DNA from: Oligosphaeraceae bacterium
Lineage (GTDB): Bacteria; Verrucomicrobiota; Lentisphaeria; Oligosphaerales; Oligosphaeraceae
Direction: 5' to 3'
NCBI GenBank assembly: GCA_051884615.1
Contig: JBJEVT010000041.1
Location: 125,898-189,897 of the forward strand
Length of the DNA stretch: 64,000 bases
Shown here one piece after another: positions 54,090 through 62,279 of the stretch. Position 1 is the first letter of the stretch. Every line of letters starts with the position of its first letter. A program made the position numbers and the translations under genes. The notes below the pieces were generated by a model that saw only the letters and a list, made by a program, of their open reading frames with translations, was not told the origin of the DNA and did not search any database.

Positions 54090-54123
54090 GATTGTGTGCT
54101 ATATTGGGGGGCGGAGGTGAAAG

Positions 54124-54483
54124 ATGATGAAACGTTACCTTGTACGTGTTTATAAGTTTGATCCAGGAAGTTACGCAACGATACACTATAATGTCCGTGA
54201 TAGGTTGACTGGTAAATCGTATTCAGGCCTAGATACCATTGAAGCATTCAAGGATTATAAAGGGACGATACAGGAACTGGCGAATGACATGGACATAGAA
54301 GATGAGTATCCAATTCTTGGTGTGTATGGAGATAGGTACATTGTATCCAACAAAAGCTGGACAGGGTTTCCTTTCTTGTATCTTGAACTGAATGAAAAGG
54401 GGAAAAGAGAACGGCATTGGGCGATGTTTCACAAGCATTTGTGGAAGCCTTGGAATGTATCCATAGTTCCCTATCATAAATAA
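54124..54483 (+). CDS. Hypothetical 119-aa protein, orphan, AT-rich
   Basis: A strong SD GGAGGTG lies 8 nt before ATGATG. The composition is Lys/Tyr/Asp-rich and globular-looking. A weak AT hairpin (aataac ctcct gttatt) follows just after the stop. No family was recognised. Confidence 0.55.
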   Translation: MMKRYLVRVYKFDPGSYATIHYNVRDRLTGKSYSGLDTIEAFKDYKGTIQELANDMDIEDEYPILGVYGDRYIVSNKSWTGFPFLYLELNEKGKRERHWAMFHKHLWKPWNVSIVPYHK

Positions 54484-54520
54484 TAACCTCCTGTTATTCG
54501 CAAGCAATTGCCTTGAAGAC

Positions 54521-54856
54521 TTGCGCCGCTTCCTTGGGGGATTTCACCACCTTGGCATGGGTTGCTTCTCTTCTGTATGGATTAAGGCAAAGGCATGGAC
54601 GGACTTGTCCACTCGCAGAGCCAGGGGAGAACCGGTGGATTCCAGGAATGTAAAGAAGCACCGCAACGACGTGTCCCGCCTGGTCACCATGATTCCCCCC
54701 GGCCTTTCCCTCCGTCTTCCCCCAGCCATCTCCATGGAAATGGCGGAGTTTCTCCGGCGTCTGACCATCGAACGCCACGACCTTGCCGTGCTGGACATTC
54801 GCGGAACTCCCGATGAAATCCGTCCCTTGCCGACGACTCTGCCAGGGCAGCCGTGA
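54521..54856 (+). pseudogene. 5'-truncated gene fragment (C-terminal ~110 codons) of a protein I associate with nucleotidyltransferase-fold / TA-like families
   Basis: IKAKAWTDLSTRRARGEPVDSRNVKKHRNDVSRLV resembles a conserved C-terminal block (..KAKAWLDL..R...GE.VDS..I.KHRNDV.RL) that I recall from uncharacterised mobile-element proteins. There is no plausible N-terminal domain or ATG start, and the frame opens only at 54467. Confidence 0.35.
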
Positions 54857-54930
54857 TTTTCCCGGCACAGGGGCGTTTTTCCCGCGCCCCTCCCTGGAAT
54901 GGCGGCGACGCGCCCCCCTGGAGGGACGTG

Positions 54931-56919
54931 TCAGCTCAACAGAAGGTCGATGGCGGCCTTGGCGTCCAGTTTCACATAGAGATCCTCCGGCTTTCCCAGG
55001 CGAAGCAGTTCCTGGGGGATTTCCGAGAGGAACTTGGAGGGGGTGCGGGGCATGCTGACCTTTCCCTCCCGGCGTCGTTCCGCGTGGGTAAGGAAGAGTT
55101 CCCGTTTGGCGCGGGTGATGGCCACATAGAAGAGGCGTCGTTCCTCGGCCTCGTTTCCTTCCTCCATGGCCCGGGCGTGGGGGAAGAGATCCCGTTCCAT
55201 GCCCGCCAGATAGACCACGGGAAATTCCAGGCCCTTGGCGGCATGGACCGTCATCAGCGTGACGGCCTCCTCTTCCTCCTTCTTTCGCCCTCCCTTGGCG
55301 GCGTCGTCCATGAGGCTGATTTCGTCCAGCAGGCCGTCCAGGGTGCCCCGTCCCCCGTTTCTCTGGTCGTAATCTGCCAGGGAGGAGAGGAATTCCAGGA
55401 CATTGTCCCGTTTGGTCAAAGCCAGTTCCAGGGGCTTGTAGAGTTTGGCCAGTCCCTCCAGGTATCCCATGTCCTGGTAGAGCCGTCGGGTTTTCTCGTA
55501 GAGCCCGCCGGCCTCCTGGAAGGCGTCGCGGGCCTTTCGGAGAATGGCCAGGAAATTGCGGAGAGAGCCCTGGGCGTCGGCGGGGAGGCGGGAGAGGACA
55601 TCCTCCCGCCCCGCCAGTTCCTGCATGGGCAGATGGCGTTCCTCCCGGAAGGCGTGGAGGCGTTCCAGCGTGGTGTCTCCGATGCCCCGGGGGGGGACGT
55701 TGACCACCCGGAGGAAAGCCTGGTCGTTCCGGGGATTGGCCACCGCCTCCAGGAAGCCCCGGGCATCCAGGATTTCCCGTCCCTGGTAGAAGGCGGTGCC
55801 TCCCACCAGATGATAGGGGATGCGTTCCTTGCGGAACTGCTCCTCCAGGATTCGGCTTTGGAGATTGGAGCGGTAAAGGACGGCGAAATCCTTCCAGGGG
55901 AGGCGGCGATGTTCGTGGGCCTCCTTGATGTTCCGCACCAGGAATCTGGCCTCGGCGGTCTCGTCCTCGCAGCGCACCTCCTGGATCAGCGGGCCATCCT
56001 CCTTTTCCGACCACAGATTCTTCGTGTGGCGTTCCTGGTTGTGGGCGATGACGGCGTTGGCCGCCTTGAGGATCACGCCGGTGGAGCGGTAGTTCTGCTC
56101 CAGCCGGATCACCTTGACATTGGGGTAGAGGCGGTCGAAATGGAGGATGTTCTCCACCTCGGCGCCCCGCCATCCGTAGATGGCCTGGTCGTCGTCTCCC
56201 ACCACCGCCAGATTTCCCTCCGCGCCCGCCAGCATGGTCATCAGCTTCAGCTGGACCCGGTTGGTGTCCTGGTATTCGTCGATCATGATGCGCTGGTAGC
56301 GGCGGTGATATTCCTCCCGCACCTGGGGATGCTCCTCCCACAGTCTCACCGTCAGATAGAGGAGGTCGTCGAAATCCAGCCGGTCCATCTGCTTCATGCG
56401 CCGCTGGTATTCCTCGTAGACCTGGGCCACCTCCTGGCAATGGGGATAGCCCTGCCGGCGCACCTCGTCGGGGGAAAGGCAGGCCGCCTTCGCCATGGAG
56501 ATGCGGTTGCTCCACAGGGCTCTGTCATAGCCCTCACCGGTCTGGCCCAGGCGGGTCATGATCTCCGTCACCAGCCCGATCCGGTCCCCCTCCTGTCCGA
56601 TGGAGAAATGGGAGCTGTATCCCAGCAGGGAGATGTGGCGGCGCAGGACCTTGACGCAGAAGGCGTGGAAGGTGGAGATGGTCATCTCCCCGGCGCTCTG
56701 GGGTCCCACGAAGGCGGAGATTCTCTCCTGCATCTCCCGGGCGGCCTTCCGGGTGAAGGTCACCGCCAGGATGGCGCCGGGGGGGATGCCGTGCCGGACC
56801 AGATTGGCGATGCGGTGGACGATGACGGTGGTCTTTCCGGTGCCTGCGCCTGCCAGCAGCAGAAGCGGCCCGTCCAGGGTGTCCACCGCCTCCTGCTGGC
56901 GGGGATTCATCCGGCTCAT
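54931..56919 (-). CDS. UvrD/PcrA/Rep-family ATP-dependent DNA helicase
   Basis: From Met at 56919: MNPRQQEAVDTLDGPLLLLAGAGTGKTTV (motif I), AVTFTRKAAREM, IDEYQDTN, VGDDDQAIYGWRGA, YRSN and TVHAAKGLEFPVVYL. Confidence 0.93.
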   Translation of the reverse strand: MSRMNPRQQEAVDTLDGPLLLLAGAGTGKTTVIVHRIANLVRHGIPPGAILAVTFTRKAAREMQERISAFVGPQSAGEMTISTFHAFCVKVLRRHISLLGYSSHFSIGQEGDRIGLVTEIMTRLGQTGEGYDRALWSNRISMAKAACLSPDEVRRQGYPHCQEVAQVYEEYQRRMKQMDRLDFDDLLYLTVRLWEEHPQVREEYHRRYQRIMIDEYQDTNRVQLKLMTMLAGAEGNLAVVGDDDQAIYGWRGAEVENILHFDRLYPNVKVIRLEQNYRSTGVILKAANAVIAHNQERHTKNLWSEKEDGPLIQEVRCEDETAEARFLVRNIKEAHEHRRLPWKDFAVLYRSNLQSRILEEQFRKERIPYHLVGGTAFYQGREILDARGFLEAVANPRNDQAFLRVVNVPPRGIGDTTLERLHAFREERHLPMQELAGREDVLSRLPADAQGSLRNFLAILRKARDAFQEAGGLYEKTRRLYQDMGYLEGLAKLYKPLELALTKRDNVLEFLSSLADYDQRNGGRGTLDGLLDEISLMDDAAKGGRKKEEEEAVTLMTVHAAKGLEFPVVYLAGMERDLFPHARAMEEGNEAEERRLFYVAITRAKRELFLTHAERRREGKVSMPRTPSKFLSEIPQELLRLGKPEDLYVKLDAKAAIDLLLS

Positions 56920-57602
56920 GGGCGTCTCTCCTCCGGGTCCCGGATCAGGGAGAGCATGGCATCCCGGATGCGCTCCTGCTCCTCCTCCTCCGAGGGCGGG
57001 GAAGCCTCCCGGCGGGGAGCGACATGGATGGGTTCCCCCAGGACAATCTCCACCTTGGAGAAGGGCCAGGGGATCTGCATGCGGTCCCAACTGTGCATCT
57101 GCCAGCAATGGGAGGCGTTCAAGGCGATGGGCACCAGGGGCACCGCCCCGATCCTGCCCAGGGCCACGGCGCCGGGATGCACCGTGTATCGGGGTCCCCG
57201 GGGACCGTCCAGGGTGAGGACGGCGCTTCGCCCCTCCTTCAGGGCGTGCAGCAGCCCCAGCAGTGCCTGCCCCCCCTTCCGGGAGGAGGAGCCGCGGACG
57301 CTCTCCAGGCCGAAGGAGCGGACGATGGTGGAGATATATTCGCCGTCCCGGGAGGCGCTGATCATGACCGTGCAGCGGGAAAGGACGCTCCGGGGCACCA
57401 GGCACACGGCGGAAAGGACCCGGTTGTGCCACAGGAGGAAGGCCACGGGCTGTTCCGGCAGGGTGTCCAGCACCTCCCGGCATCCGGTGATCCTCACCCG
57501 GATGGTGGCGGCGTAGAGCTTCATCACGCCGGCCAGCAGCCAGGCCAGCCACCGGGGCATGTGGCGTTTGTTCTTCAGGGTGAAAAGGGAACGGGTTCCC
57601 AT
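56916..57602 (-). CDS. DUF374 / lysophospholipid acyltransferase-like protein
   Basis: LLWHNR...MISASRDGEYIS...SSSRKGGQALL...LTLDGPRGP is the pattern typical of DUF374 (LPLAT superfamily). The stop overlaps the helicase start (ATGA). Confidence 0.8.
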   Translation of the reverse strand: MGTRSLFTLKNKRHMPRWLAWLLAGVMKLYAATIRVRITGCREVLDTLPEQPVAFLLWHNRVLSAVCLVPRSVLSRCTVMISASRDGEYISTIVRSFGLESVRGSSSRKGGQALLGLLHALKEGRSAVLTLDGPRGPRYTVHPGAVALGRIGAVPLVPIALNASHCWQMHSWDRMQIPWPFSKVEIVLGEPIHVAPRREASPPSEEEEQERIRDAMLSLIRDPEERRP

Positions 57603-57626
57603 GGCGAGGCGCTCCGGGTCAGTCCG

Positions 57627-58346
57627 TCAAGAAAGCTCCTCCAGCAGGATCGCGCCGCAGTGGTCGCAAGTCTGGAGAGTCTTGTCCCGGTTCAGCTCCT
57701 GGATCTTGTGGGGGGTGACGGCACGGCGGCAACGCTGGCAGACCCCCTGTTCCACAGACACGGCCCAGGGGCGCAGGGCGCCCTGCTGACGTCCGGAGAG
57801 GAGATGTTCGTAGAGGCGACGGACCTCCAGGGGGACTTGCTCCGCCAGGGCCGCCCGCTCCCCTTCCCGTTTGGCCAGTTCCTCCCCCAGATTCCGGGCC
57901 TTCCGCCCCAGGGAGAGCTTCTGTTCCTCCAGGGTCTTGCGCTCCTGCTGCAGCCGCTCCTTCTCCTGGAGAAAATCCTTCTCGGCCTTCTCCGCCTCCT
58001 CCAGGGCCAGCAGCTGGCGCTCCTCGTTCTCCTGGAGCCGGAGGCGATACCGCTCCAGGGTCTCCATGGCCATCTGATATTCGTCGTTCTTGCGGATTTC
58101 GGCGGTCTTCACCTGGAACTGATGGCGCTCCTTGGCAAGCTTCAGCCCCTCCTCCTCCAGGGCGCGGCACCTCTCCCGGGCCGACACCGCCAGACGCTGG
58201 ACGCCCGCCACCTCCTCCTGCCGGGCAAGAAATGCCTGGGAAAGCCGCTTCCATTGGACGTTCAACTCCTCCCGCTCCCTCCGCAGGGAGTCCCGGGTCA
58301 AGTCATTCTCCTGCAACGCCAGCAACTTTTCCTTCCATTCCTGCAT
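57627..58346 (-). CDS. Coiled-coil protein with a C-terminal C4 zinc ribbon (COG1579 / DUF164-like)
   Basis: About 190 aa of Glu/Leu/Arg/Lys heptad sequence are followed by CQRCRRAVTP...CDHCGAIL. Confidence 0.85.
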   Translation of the reverse strand: MQEWKEKLLALQENDLTRDSLRREREELNVQWKRLSQAFLARQEEVAGVQRLAVSARERCRALEEEGLKLAKERHQFQVKTAEIRKNDEYQMAMETLERYRLRLQENEERQLLALEEAEKAEKDFLQEKERLQQERKTLEEQKLSLGRKARNLGEELAKREGERAALAEQVPLEVRRLYEHLLSGRQQGALRPWAVSVEQGVCQRCRRAVTPHKIQELNRDKTLQTCDHCGAILLEELS

Positions 58347-58406
58347 GGTTCTACCTCGTGGGGGAAGAGGGGGGGGTGAGAAAAACGGGGAGAGGCCGGG
58401 ACGGAA

Positions 58407-60092
58407 TCAGATTCTCTGGTCGATGGCCTGGAGAATCCGCTGGTTCACATCCTGGACCCACTGGGCGGAGTGGGGATAGTCGGTCATGGACAGAGGACGC
58501 TCCACTCCCTCCTGGAGAATGGCCAGCACCGCCTCCCGGCCCGCCAGGGACTCCAGCAACTGGCAGGCCCGATAGTCCTGCATGGCCTCGGCGAAGACTT
58601 CGTAGCGCAGGGAATCCACGGGATCGTCGTGGCGTCCGGGATAGACCAGATAGGAGTCTCCCCCGAAGAAACCGAAGCCGGCGGAGGTGTTCTGCCAGGG
58701 ATTGAGATCCCAGTCCAGGGAGTATTGGGAGAACCAGAAATTGTGCCCCCAGTGGAGGAATCCCTCCTGCCCCAGGGCATAGAGGAGGACGCCCAGGGCC
58801 CGGTTGCGCCAGCTGGGCAGCCCCATGAGGCGGTTGGGCGCGCCGTGCTGCCAGGTGCCGCAGTAGTAGCACCAGCGGCTCTTCAGGGGCAGCGCCTGGA
58901 AATTGTCCAGGGCGGTGGTGACGGGGATGGGGCGCTGGCTGACTCCCTCCTTCACGAACTCCACATCGGACATGGCGTCCACCACGGGGAATTCCTCGTC
59001 GGGGAGATGGCGGGTCATGAGAGCCAGGCTCTGGCGATAGCGTTCCAGGGAATCGGCCTGGGGTTCGTCGGAGTTATGGAAGATGCACTTTCCGGCCAGG
59101 TCCCGTTCCCGGAGGAACCGCGCCAGGGCGGGGAGCAGCTGGTTCAGGAAATCCTGGTATTCCGGGGAGGTGGCGGCCACGTCCCATCCGAATCTCCGCT
59201 TGCCGTTCACCAGGATCTTGGGGGTGGCGCGGGCGCCCCACTGGCTGAAGGCGTGGGTGAACTCGAAGCGCTCCATGCCCCACTGCCGGGCAAGGGTGAT
59301 CCACTTCTCCAGCAGGGCGAAGTCGAAGCGATACCGGCCCTCCTCCTCGGTGATGCCCAGCAGCTGGCAGGTGGGACGCTCCCGCCCGATGGCGGTGTCC
59401 AGGGGCGGCGTCCACAGGGGCGTGAAGAGGACATTGACCCCGTGCGCCACCATGTCCTTCACATATTTCTCCAGAATCTCCCAGAAACGGGGCTCCTGGA
59501 AGCCCACGCCATACCAGTGCTGCAGGCAGTCCACATGAAACCAGGAGCAGGACCACAGGGTCTGCTTCGGCAGCTCCGCGGGGATGATGTCCAGCTCCAC
59601 CTCCATGACGGCGGGGGGCATGGGTTCCAGAGGCCAGGCCAGGCGCACCTGCTCCTGGGAGGGGGTGGAGAGGAGAATCCGCAGGGGATGACGGCCCGAG
59701 GGGCACTCCCGGGGAATGTCCACGGAGACCCACAGGCTGGTCCATTTCCGGGAGGGGACGGAGAGGAGGCTTTCCGCGCCCAGGGGCAACAGGGGGTCGG
59801 GGAAGAATCCGGGGTCGGCGGTCAGGACGAGGGGATCCTCGGGAGCGGCGGGCAGATCGCTGAAGACCATGCCTGTCTGGCGCAGGACGACCTGCTCCCG
59901 GAAGAGGGAATCCACCTGGCAGAGCTGGAAGGTGCGCACCGGGGAGAAGACAGCCACCTGGAAATTCAGGCGCTGGCCCTGGAGCACGGTGAAGCGCCGG
60001 GAGGTCCTGGGGACGGCGGTGAGTTCCGGCTTCAGAAAGACCTTCTGGAGATCATCCAGCAGACGGAGTTGCAAAGTCTGGGATTCGCCCAT
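58407..60092 (-). CDS. DUF4091 domain protein (glycoside-hydrolase-like)
   Basis: The 561-aa ORF has WFHVDCLQHWYG, NVLFTPLWTPPLD, WCYYCGTWQHGAPNRL and FLHWGHNFW blocks, as I recall for DUF4091 proteins of gut glycan degraders. Confidence 0.8.
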   Translation of the reverse strand: MGESQTLQLRLLDDLQKVFLKPELTAVPRTSRRFTVLQGQRLNFQVAVFSPVRTFQLCQVDSLFREQVVLRQTGMVFSDLPAAPEDPLVLTADPGFFPDPLLPLGAESLLSVPSRKWTSLWVSVDIPRECPSGRHPLRILLSTPSQEQVRLAWPLEPMPPAVMEVELDIIPAELPKQTLWSCSWFHVDCLQHWYGVGFQEPRFWEILEKYVKDMVAHGVNVLFTPLWTPPLDTAIGRERPTCQLLGITEEEGRYRFDFALLEKWITLARQWGMERFEFTHAFSQWGARATPKILVNGKRRFGWDVAATSPEYQDFLNQLLPALARFLRERDLAGKCIFHNSDEPQADSLERYRQSLALMTRHLPDEEFPVVDAMSDVEFVKEGVSQRPIPVTTALDNFQALPLKSRWCYYCGTWQHGAPNRLMGLPSWRNRALGVLLYALGQEGFLHWGHNFWFSQYSLDWDLNPWQNTSAGFGFFGGDSYLVYPGRHDDPVDSLRYEVFAEAMQDYRACQLLESLAGREAVLAILQEGVERPLSMTDYPHSAQWVQDVNQRILQAIDQRI

Positions 60093-60113
60093 GGGGAAAA
60101 GGAGGAGGGAGAG

Positions 60114-61835
60114 TTACTCGAAGGACTGGGTCTCGCCGTCGGGGGAGGCGGGAAGGCCGATCTTGCCCAGCTTCTGGAGTTTTTCGTAGAAGTTCTCCGC
60201 ACGGTCGGCGATGTTGGCCAGATGCCGTCCGATCTTGCGGAACTCCTCCAGCAGCTCCAGGTAGATGATGCCCACCTCGGGGACGCAGAGGCCCTGGTTG
60301 ATGCGGTTCAGATGCTCCCGCTCGCAGTCGGTGAGGGCCTCCACCATGTGCCGCCGGATCTCCCGCGCCCGCGCCACGTTCTCCGGCGTGTTTTTCTCCA
60401 GGGTGAGAATCACGGCGTCCGCCAGATTGCGGAGCTGTTCGTGGAGGCCGTCCAGCTCGGCGGAGGCCTTGGGGCTGAAACGGCGTCCCTGTTCCTCCAG
60501 GCGTCCCAGGATGCCCCGGATGAGGGCGGTGTGGTCGCCGATGCGCTCGGCGTCATTGGTGCAGTGGAGGAGGAGGGGGATCTGGCTGGCCTCGTTGGCG
60601 CGGAGTTCGCCCTGCTGCATCAGGGCGGAGAGATAGTCGGCGATTTCCTGCTGCCGCTGGTCCACATCCTCCTCCCGTTTCTCCAGCTGGCGCACCATGC
60701 GCTGGTTGGATTCGTCATTGTGGTTGTAGATGTTGATGGCGCAATCCACCATGCGGCAGGCCTTCTGGAGCATCTTGCGGAGGGCGGCGGTGGTCTGGGC
60801 CAGGGCGATGGAGGGGCTGGCCAGGAGGAGGGGATCCAGGCGACGGAACTTCACGTCCTTCCGGTCCACGGGGATGATGCGTTCACAGAGCCGGGCCAGG
60901 TGGGGGATGAAGGGCAGGAAGACCAGGGTGGAGAAGACGTTGAAGACGGTATGGGAGTTGGCGATGAGGCGGGGGACGCCGGCGTTGGGGGAGATGGACT
61001 GGATGAACCAGAAGAAGAGGGGTTCTCCCCGGAAGCGCACCCAGAAGGTGATGGCGATGAGGACGACGCCCAGGGCCTGGGTCAGGGTGTGCGCCATGGC
61101 CGCCTGCTTGGCCACCCGGTTGGCGGAGATGGCCGCCAGCTGGGCGGTGATGGTGGTGCCGATGTTGGAGCCCATGGCCAGCGCCACGGCCGTGTACAAA
61201 TCCACCAGCTCGTTGCCCGCCAGGATGATGATGATGCCCGTGCAGGCGGAGCTGCTCTGAATCAGGACCGTCACCAGCATGCCCACCAGGATGGCCCCCA
61301 GCACCGCCTTGGGCGGCATGACCCCGTTCACCGGGGTGCACTGGAAATATTGGAAGGCCGTCTTGATGAACTCCAAGTCCTTGAGGGTCCCGTTCATCAT
61401 GTCCATCCCCAGGAAGAGGAAGCCGAAGCCCATGATCACCTGCCCCCAGTGGCTCACCGTCCGCTGCCGCCACAGGCTCATGAGAAGGCCCAGGATGATG
61501 GCGGGGAAGATGACCGCGCTGATCTTGAACGCCACCAGCTGGCCGGTGATGGTGGTGCCGATATGGGCGCCGCAGATGATGCCGATGGATTGCTCCAGGT
61601 TCAACAGACCCGCGTTGACGAAGCCCACCACCATCACCGTGGTGGCGGCGGAGGACTGGATCACCGAGGTCACCCCCACGCCCGTGAGCACCGCCACGAA
61701 CCGGTTCTTGGCGAACAGACGCAGAATGGAGCGCATCTTCGTGCCGGCCACCTTCTGCAGGCCATCGCTCATCAGGGTCATGCCATAGATGAAAATGGCC
61801 ACGCCGCCGAGAACCTTAAGTATGTTGGAAACCAT
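60114..61835 (-). CDS. Na+/phosphate cotransporter (NptA / YjbB family) with C-terminal PhoU-like domains
   Basis: Duplicated Na_Pi_cotrans repeats are present (GMTLMSDGLQKVAG...TSVIQSSAATTVMVVGFVNAG and ...LIQSSSACTGIIIILAG). The helical C-terminal half is PhoU-type, with NDAERIGDH. Confidence 0.92.
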   Translation of the reverse strand: MVSNILKVLGGVAIFIYGMTLMSDGLQKVAGTKMRSILRLFAKNRFVAVLTGVGVTSVIQSSAATTVMVVGFVNAGLLNLEQSIGIICGAHIGTTITGQLVAFKISAVIFPAIILGLLMSLWRQRTVSHWGQVIMGFGFLFLGMDMMNGTLKDLEFIKTAFQYFQCTPVNGVMPPKAVLGAILVGMLVTVLIQSSSACTGIIIILAGNELVDLYTAVALAMGSNIGTTITAQLAAISANRVAKQAAMAHTLTQALGVVLIAITFWVRFRGEPLFFWFIQSISPNAGVPRLIANSHTVFNVFSTLVFLPFIPHLARLCERIIPVDRKDVKFRRLDPLLLASPSIALAQTTAALRKMLQKACRMVDCAINIYNHNDESNQRMVRQLEKREEDVDQRQQEIADYLSALMQQGELRANEASQIPLLLHCTNDAERIGDHTALIRGILGRLEEQGRRFSPKASAELDGLHEQLRNLADAVILTLEKNTPENVARAREIRRHMVEALTDCEREHLNRINQGLCVPEVGIIYLELLEEFRKIGRHLANIADRAENFYEKLQKLGKIGLPASPDGETQSFE

Positions 61836-62123
61836 GTGAACTCCGGAAGGGGGTATCTGGGGTCTTCTTCTGCAATGCCTGGAACCGCGTCCCCGGAAAA
61901 GGCCTCCATCATCAAGGAAACGCCCCCTCGCAACGGGACAAATTGAACAGGCGCCTAATATAGTTCCCGGGAGACGCCCGGGAATGACGGGCGCCCCCTC
62001 CCCGCCCCGCCCGCGCCCCCCCGGAATTCCCCCGGATTTTCCGGAGGAATCTGCCTGGGAAGAGGCAGGAAACAGGCAGACGGAGGACGGAGTTGGGATT
62101 ATAGTATGCCCTGTTCTTTTGCG

Positions 62124-62156
62124 CCTGTCCGGGAGCCGTGCCGGACGGGTTTTCGC
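62124..62156 (+). terminator. Terminator-like hairpin inside the 445-nt divergent intergenic region
   Basis: Stem cctgtccgg / ccggacggg (one G-U pair) with loop gagccgtg, followed by ttttcgcg. It lies about 125 nt upstream of ATG 62280. Confidence 0.35.
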
Positions 62157-62279
62157 GCTTGCAGGATTTGTATCATCGCCAAGCCTTTCGGCCGGGTAGG
62201 ACGGAGGCAGGGGAGAGCCGCCGCCCCTCCTCGCCTGGCGTGGGCTTCAGGCTGAATCAGGGAGTCAAGGAATCCATCT

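Larger units (their letters stand above)
52850..54860. mobile_element. Degenerate mobile-element / prophage remnant islet (lower G+C, gene fragments only)
   Basis: It contains a truncated tape-measure gene, a frameshifted and truncated gene, an AT-rich orphan ORF (23/60 G+C for 54181-54240) and a 5'-truncated gene. There is no integrase and no recognisable att repeats. Confidence 0.5.

Noticed and set aside
54494-56515. The 673-aa minus-strand ORF 54494-56515, considered as a real gene extending into the islet.
   Set aside because: It is out of frame with the clearly motif-bearing UvrD-family frame (54931-56919). Its product is an extreme Gly/Pro/Arg string.
61836-62279. Small ORFs 61984-62199(+) and 62099-62464(-) in the long divergent intergenic region.
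   Set aside because: Their products are Pro/Gly/Arg-rich, have no SD or start context, and the second overlaps the start of the GH20-like gene in antisense.
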